In this document: piece by piece, positions 60,872 to 64,000 of the stretch
Layout of the letters: each line of letters begins with the position of its first letter
Position numbering within the stretch: position 1 is the stretch's first letter
Source: Longimicrobiaceae bacterium
GTDB lineage: Bacteria; Gemmatimonadota; Gemmatimonadetes; Longimicrobiales; Longimicrobiaceae
Direction of reading: 5' to 3'
NCBI GenBank assembly: GCA_050732775.1
Contig: JBOHRN010000002.1
Span: forward strand, 76,731-140,730
Length of the DNA stretch: 64,000 bases
The notes under the pieces: generated by a model
Database searches by the model: none
What the model saw: only the letters and a program-made list of their open reading frames with translations
Told to the model about the DNA's origin: nothing
Made by a program: the position numbers and the translations under genes

Positions 60872-63397
60872 ATGTCTTTGCGGAGTTACCGAAAAAAGCG
60901 GGACTTCCGGAGCACTCCCGAGCCCTCGGGCCGCGAGCGGCGCCGCAGCGGCCGGGGGTTCGTGGTCCAGAAGCACGACGCCTCCCGGCTCCACTACGAC
61001 TTCCGGCTGGAGCTCGGCGGCGTGCTCAAGAGCTGGGCGGTGCCCAAGGGACCGTCCCTGCGCCCTTCCCAAAGGCGGCTCGCGGTCCAGGTGGAGGACC
61101 ACCCCGTGGAGTACGGTGGCTTCGAGGGGGTCATCCCCGAGGGCGAGTACGGCGGCGGCGCCGTGCTGGTGTGGGACCGGGGGGAGTGGATACCCGACGG
61201 CGATCCGGCCGCCGCTTACCGGAAGGGTAAGCTCAAGTTCCGGCTGGAGGGTGAGAAGCTGCGCGGCAGGTGGACGCTGGTCCGTATGAGGTCAGCGGAC
61301 GACGGCCGGGACAACTGGCTGCTGATCAAGGAAAAAGATGACCAGGCGCGCACCGGCCGCTCCCGGGACATCCTGGAGGAGCGGCCCGAGAGCGTACTCA
61401 GCGGCCGCTCCCTGCAGGGTGTGGCCCGCGAAAGGGACCGCGTGTGGTCGTCCGGCCGGGGCGAAGCGGAGGTTTTCCCCGCGAGTACGCCCGGCGCGCG
61501 CGAAGCTGGGCTCCCCGCGACGCTCGCTCCCCAACTCGCCACCTTGGTCGCAGAGCCCCCCAGCGGAAAGGGGTGGCTGCACGAGGTCAAGCTGGACGGC
61601 TACCGCCTCGTGGCCCGACTGGAAAAGGGCCGGGCCACTCTGTTAACCCGCCGGGGGAAGGATTGGAGCTCCCGCTTCCCCGCCGTCCGCGAGGCGGTGG
61701 CCGCTCTTCCCGCCGGGCGGGCGCTGCTGGACGGCGAGGTGGTGGTTTTTCGCCCCGACGGCAAAACCGACTTTCAGCGGCTCCAGAACTGGTTGCAGCG
61801 GAGCGCAGTTGGCAACGACCTAGTGTACGTCGCCTTTGACTTGCTCCACCTGAACGGGTACGACCTGAGAAAGGCTCCCCTGGAGGAGCGGAAGCGGCTG
61901 CTCCGGCGGCTGCTGGCTGCTTCGGACCGGCCGGCCCTCCGCTACGGAGACCACCTGGACACCGACGGCAAGAAGGTGTACCGGAGGGCGTGCGAGCTGG
62001 GTCTGGAGGGGATCGTTTCCAAACGGAGGGATCGTCCCTACCTGTCGCGCCGAAGCCGTGACTGGCTCAAGGTCAAGTGTGCCCGCGCGCAGGAGTTCGT
62101 GATCGGCGGCTTCACCGATCCCAAGGGCAAACGGACCGGCTTCGGAGCCCTGCTCCTGGGAATACACCAACAGGGAGAGCTCCGTTACGCGGGGCGAGTG
62201 GGTACCGGCTTTAGCGAGCAGACGTTGCAGCTTCTCTCCGCAGAACTGGAGCGGCTGGAGCGCAAGCGCACGCCCTTCGCGGGCGGGTTGACCCGCGCCG
62301 AAGCGAGGGGTGTCCACTGGGTGACCCCAAAGTTGGTCGCCGAGGTGGAGTTTAGCGAGTGGACCGACGAGAATCGCCTCCGGCACCCCACCTTCAAGGG
62401 GGTGCGCCGGGACAAAGAGCCGGCCGAGATCGTCAGAGAGCAGGCCGGGGTTCTACCGGAGTCCGGCCGCACCAGGGAGGAGAAAAACGGGATGAAATCA
62501 ACCAGCGAGAGCTCACTGGCCGGAGTGCGGCTGTCCAACCCGGGGCGGGTCCTCTACCCTGAACAAGGGGTCACCAAACGCGAGCTGGCCGAGTTCTATC
62601 TGGGGCTCGCGGAGTACATCCTCCCCCACCTGGCGAACCGTCCCCTGACCCTGGTACGGTGCCCGCGCGGCCGGGGCCGGGAGTGCTTTTTTCAAAAGCA
62701 CGCGGACAAGAGCTTCGGCGACGCGGTCAAGCGCGTCAGCATCGAGGAGTCGGACGGGTCGGGTAGGTACCTGTACGTGAACTCCATCGAGGGGGTAGTA
62801 TCACTAGTCCAACTCGGCGTGCTCGAGTTTCACACTTGGGGGTGCCGTATCGACCGGGTGGAGCGACCAGACCGGGTAATATTCGACTTGGACCCCGACC
62901 CTTCCCTGCCCCGGGAGCGGGTGGTCGAAGCGGCTCGCGTGCTCCATCAACACCTCGCCGAGCTGGGCCTGAAGGCGTTCCTCAAGGCGACCGGAGGCAA
63001 GGGCTTACACCTGGTCGCGCCGCTCGACCGGCGGCACGGTTGGGACGAGGTCAAGGAGTTTGCCCGCGCGGTGGCCGGACAGCTCGCGGAGGCCGCTCCC
63101 GAACGGTTCACTGAGGTGGCCTCCAAGCGGGAGCGCGAGGGCAAGGTGTACGTGGATTACTTGCGCAACGGACGGGGAGCGACGGCGGTAGCCGCTTACT
63201 CGACCCGGGCGCGCGAAAACGCCCCGGTGGCGGTGCCCCTGGCTTGGGACGAACTATCTGCCTCGGTCGTGGGCGGCCGCTACACGGTCTCGAATCTGAA
63301 GCGGCGCCTGGCCGGACTCGGCCGGGATCCCTGGCAAGGGTACGGCCGGGTGCGCCAATCGATCACCCAGGAGATGAAGCGGGCGGTCCGGTTATGA
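60872..63397 (+). CDS. ligD: ATP-dependent DNA ligase LigD (phosphoesterase - ligase - polymerase/primase domains)
   Basis: PE domain FVVQKHDASRLHYDFRLE, ligase KxDG motif EVKLDGYR, OB domain, and a C-terminal LigD polymerase domain (FFQKHA, DLDP, TGGKGLH). Confidence 0.9.
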   Translation: MSLRSYRKKRDFRSTPEPSGRERRRSGRGFVVQKHDASRLHYDFRLELGGVLKSWAVPKGPSLRPSQRRLAVQVEDHPVEYGGFEGVIPEGEYGGGAVLVWDRGEWIPDGDPAAAYRKGKLKFRLEGEKLRGRWTLVRMRSADDGRDNWLLIKEKDDQARTGRSRDILEERPESVLSGRSLQGVARERDRVWSSGRGEAEVFPASTPGAREAGLPATLAPQLATLVAEPPSGKGWLHEVKLDGYRLVARLEKGRATLLTRRGKDWSSRFPAVREAVAALPAGRALLDGEVVVFRPDGKTDFQRLQNWLQRSAVGNDLVYVAFDLLHLNGYDLRKAPLEERKRLLRRLLAASDRPALRYGDHLDTDGKKVYRRACELGLEGIVSKRRDRPYLSRRSRDWLKVKCARAQEFVIGGFTDPKGKRTGFGALLLGIHQQGELRYAGRVGTGFSEQTLQLLSAELERLERKRTPFAGGLTRAEARGVHWVTPKLVAEVEFSEWTDENRLRHPTFKGVRRDKEPAEIVREQAGVLPESGRTREEKNGMKSTSESSLAGVRLSNPGRVLYPEQGVTKRELAEFYLGLAEYILPHLANRPLTLVRCPRGRGRECFFQKHADKSFGDAVKRVSIEESDGSGRYLYVNSIEGVVSLVQLGVLEFHTWGCRIDRVERPDRVIFDLDPDPSLPRERVVEAARVLHQHLAELGLKAFLKATGGKGLHLVAPLDRRHGWDEVKEFARAVAGQLAEAAPERFTEVASKREREGKVYVDYLRNGRGATAVAAYSTRARENAPVAVPLAWDELSASVVGGRYTVSNLKRRLAGLGRDPWQGYGRVRQSITQEMKRAVRL

Positions 63398-64000
63398 GGT
63401 CCGGTAACGCTTGCTCACCTCCTCCAGCCGCTTGCGTTCGGATTCGGTGAGGGAGTCGAGTCCGCTGGATGAGATCTTGTCCAAGATGCGGTCCACGTCG
63501 TCGAGGAGCTTGCTCTCCTGTTCGCGCGTCCGCTGTTGGCGAGCAGAGGAGGCGCCCACGGCGCCCAGCGGGTCGGCCCGGCGTGGCGGGGACGGCTTTT
63601 CCCGCCGAGGACGCTTGGAACCCCCCCACGGGCTCGGTCCCCAGTCGCTCTTGAGGTAGAGGTAGGCGGCGGCGAAGCCGCCCAGGTGGGCCAAGTGGGC
63701 TATACCCGTGGCGGTGCCGCTGATCAGGTAGAATACGCTCATCCCGGCCAAGAAAGCCACCCACCACTTCGCCTTTACCGGGAAGACGCCCCAAATGTAG
63801 ATCGGGTTCTCGGGCCAGTACAGGGCGTACGCCAGCATCACCCCGTACACCGCCCCCGACGCCCCCAGGATCGGCGTGGTCGGGAAGAGTACGGAAAGAG
63901 CCGCACCGCCCAGCCCGGACACCAGGTAAAACTTGATGAACTCGCCGGAGCCCCACCTCTCTTCCAAGGGCGGGCCAAAGAAGAAGAGGATCAGCATGTT
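63392..64000 (-). CDS. Rhomboid-family intramembrane serine protease (N-terminus outside the window)
   Basis: GASGAVYG catalytic Ser motif and AHLAHLGG catalytic His motif. The frame stays open to the window end. The C-terminal soluble tail overlaps the ligD stop convergently. Confidence 0.8.
   Translation of the reverse strand, partial: NMLILFFFGPPLEERWGSGEFIKFYLVSGLGGAALSVLFPTTPILGASGAVYGVMLAYALYWPENPIYIWGVFPVKAKWWVAFLAGMSVFYLISGTATGIAHLAHLGGFAAAYLYLKSDWGPSPWGGSKRPRREKPSPPRRADPLGAVGASSARQQRTREQESKLLDDVDRILDKISSSGLDSLTESERKRLEEVSKRYRTS

Overview
This is a high-GC (about two-thirds G+C by eye), densely coding bacterial chromosomal segment. It holds roughly 65 CDS, 3 tRNAs and one candidate SRP RNA. 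There are no transposases, phage genes, CRISPR arrays or recognisable defence genes. The organism is a diderm, because Kdo synthesis, LptCAB and heptose kinase genes are present. The phylum cannot be fixed from sequence alone; gene order is compatible with a Gemmatimonadota-like lineage, at low confidence.

Content, left to right:
- recN, a secreted or outer-membrane hypothetical, and tRNA-Cys.
- A disulfide oxidoreductase plus TVP38 gene pair, and a hydrolase-OsmC fusion.
- tRNA-Glu, a duplicated tRNA 3' fragment, an SRP-RNA-like hairpin, and tRNA-Val.
- L,D-transpeptidase and PBP2.
- 2-oxoacid dehydrogenase E1a/E1b/E2 and lipB.
- rnhA, carA, sppA and an HU/IHF gene.
- moaDEA, an IYD-like nitroreductase, heptose kinase, ridA and a PMM/PGM.
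- UPF0182, arcC-sucCD, an EIIA-like/CBS protein and ndk.
- yceD-rpmF-plsX-fabHDG-acpP-fabF-ispF, DedA, xerD and trpG/pabA.
- An OMP, then the chain kdsB-pyrG-kdsACD-lptCAB-rpoN-GT2.
- greA, then a glycosylation cluster (UPF0104-like, YfhO-like GT-C, 2x GT4, polyprenyl-P-mannose synthase).
- A HEAT-repeat protein, ku-ligD, and a truncated rhomboid gene.

The ORF track uses ATG/GTG/TTG and takes the longest extent, so many starts were trimmed by homology reasoning and are approximate.

I did not find a clear-cut novel multi-gene system. The most interesting items are the SRP-like RNA with an atypical apical loop, the tRNA-end duplication next to it, the polyprenyl-phosphate/GT-C glycosylation cluster of unknown target, and atypical Lpt components (N-terminally extended LptB, lipoprotein-type LptC, long LptA).
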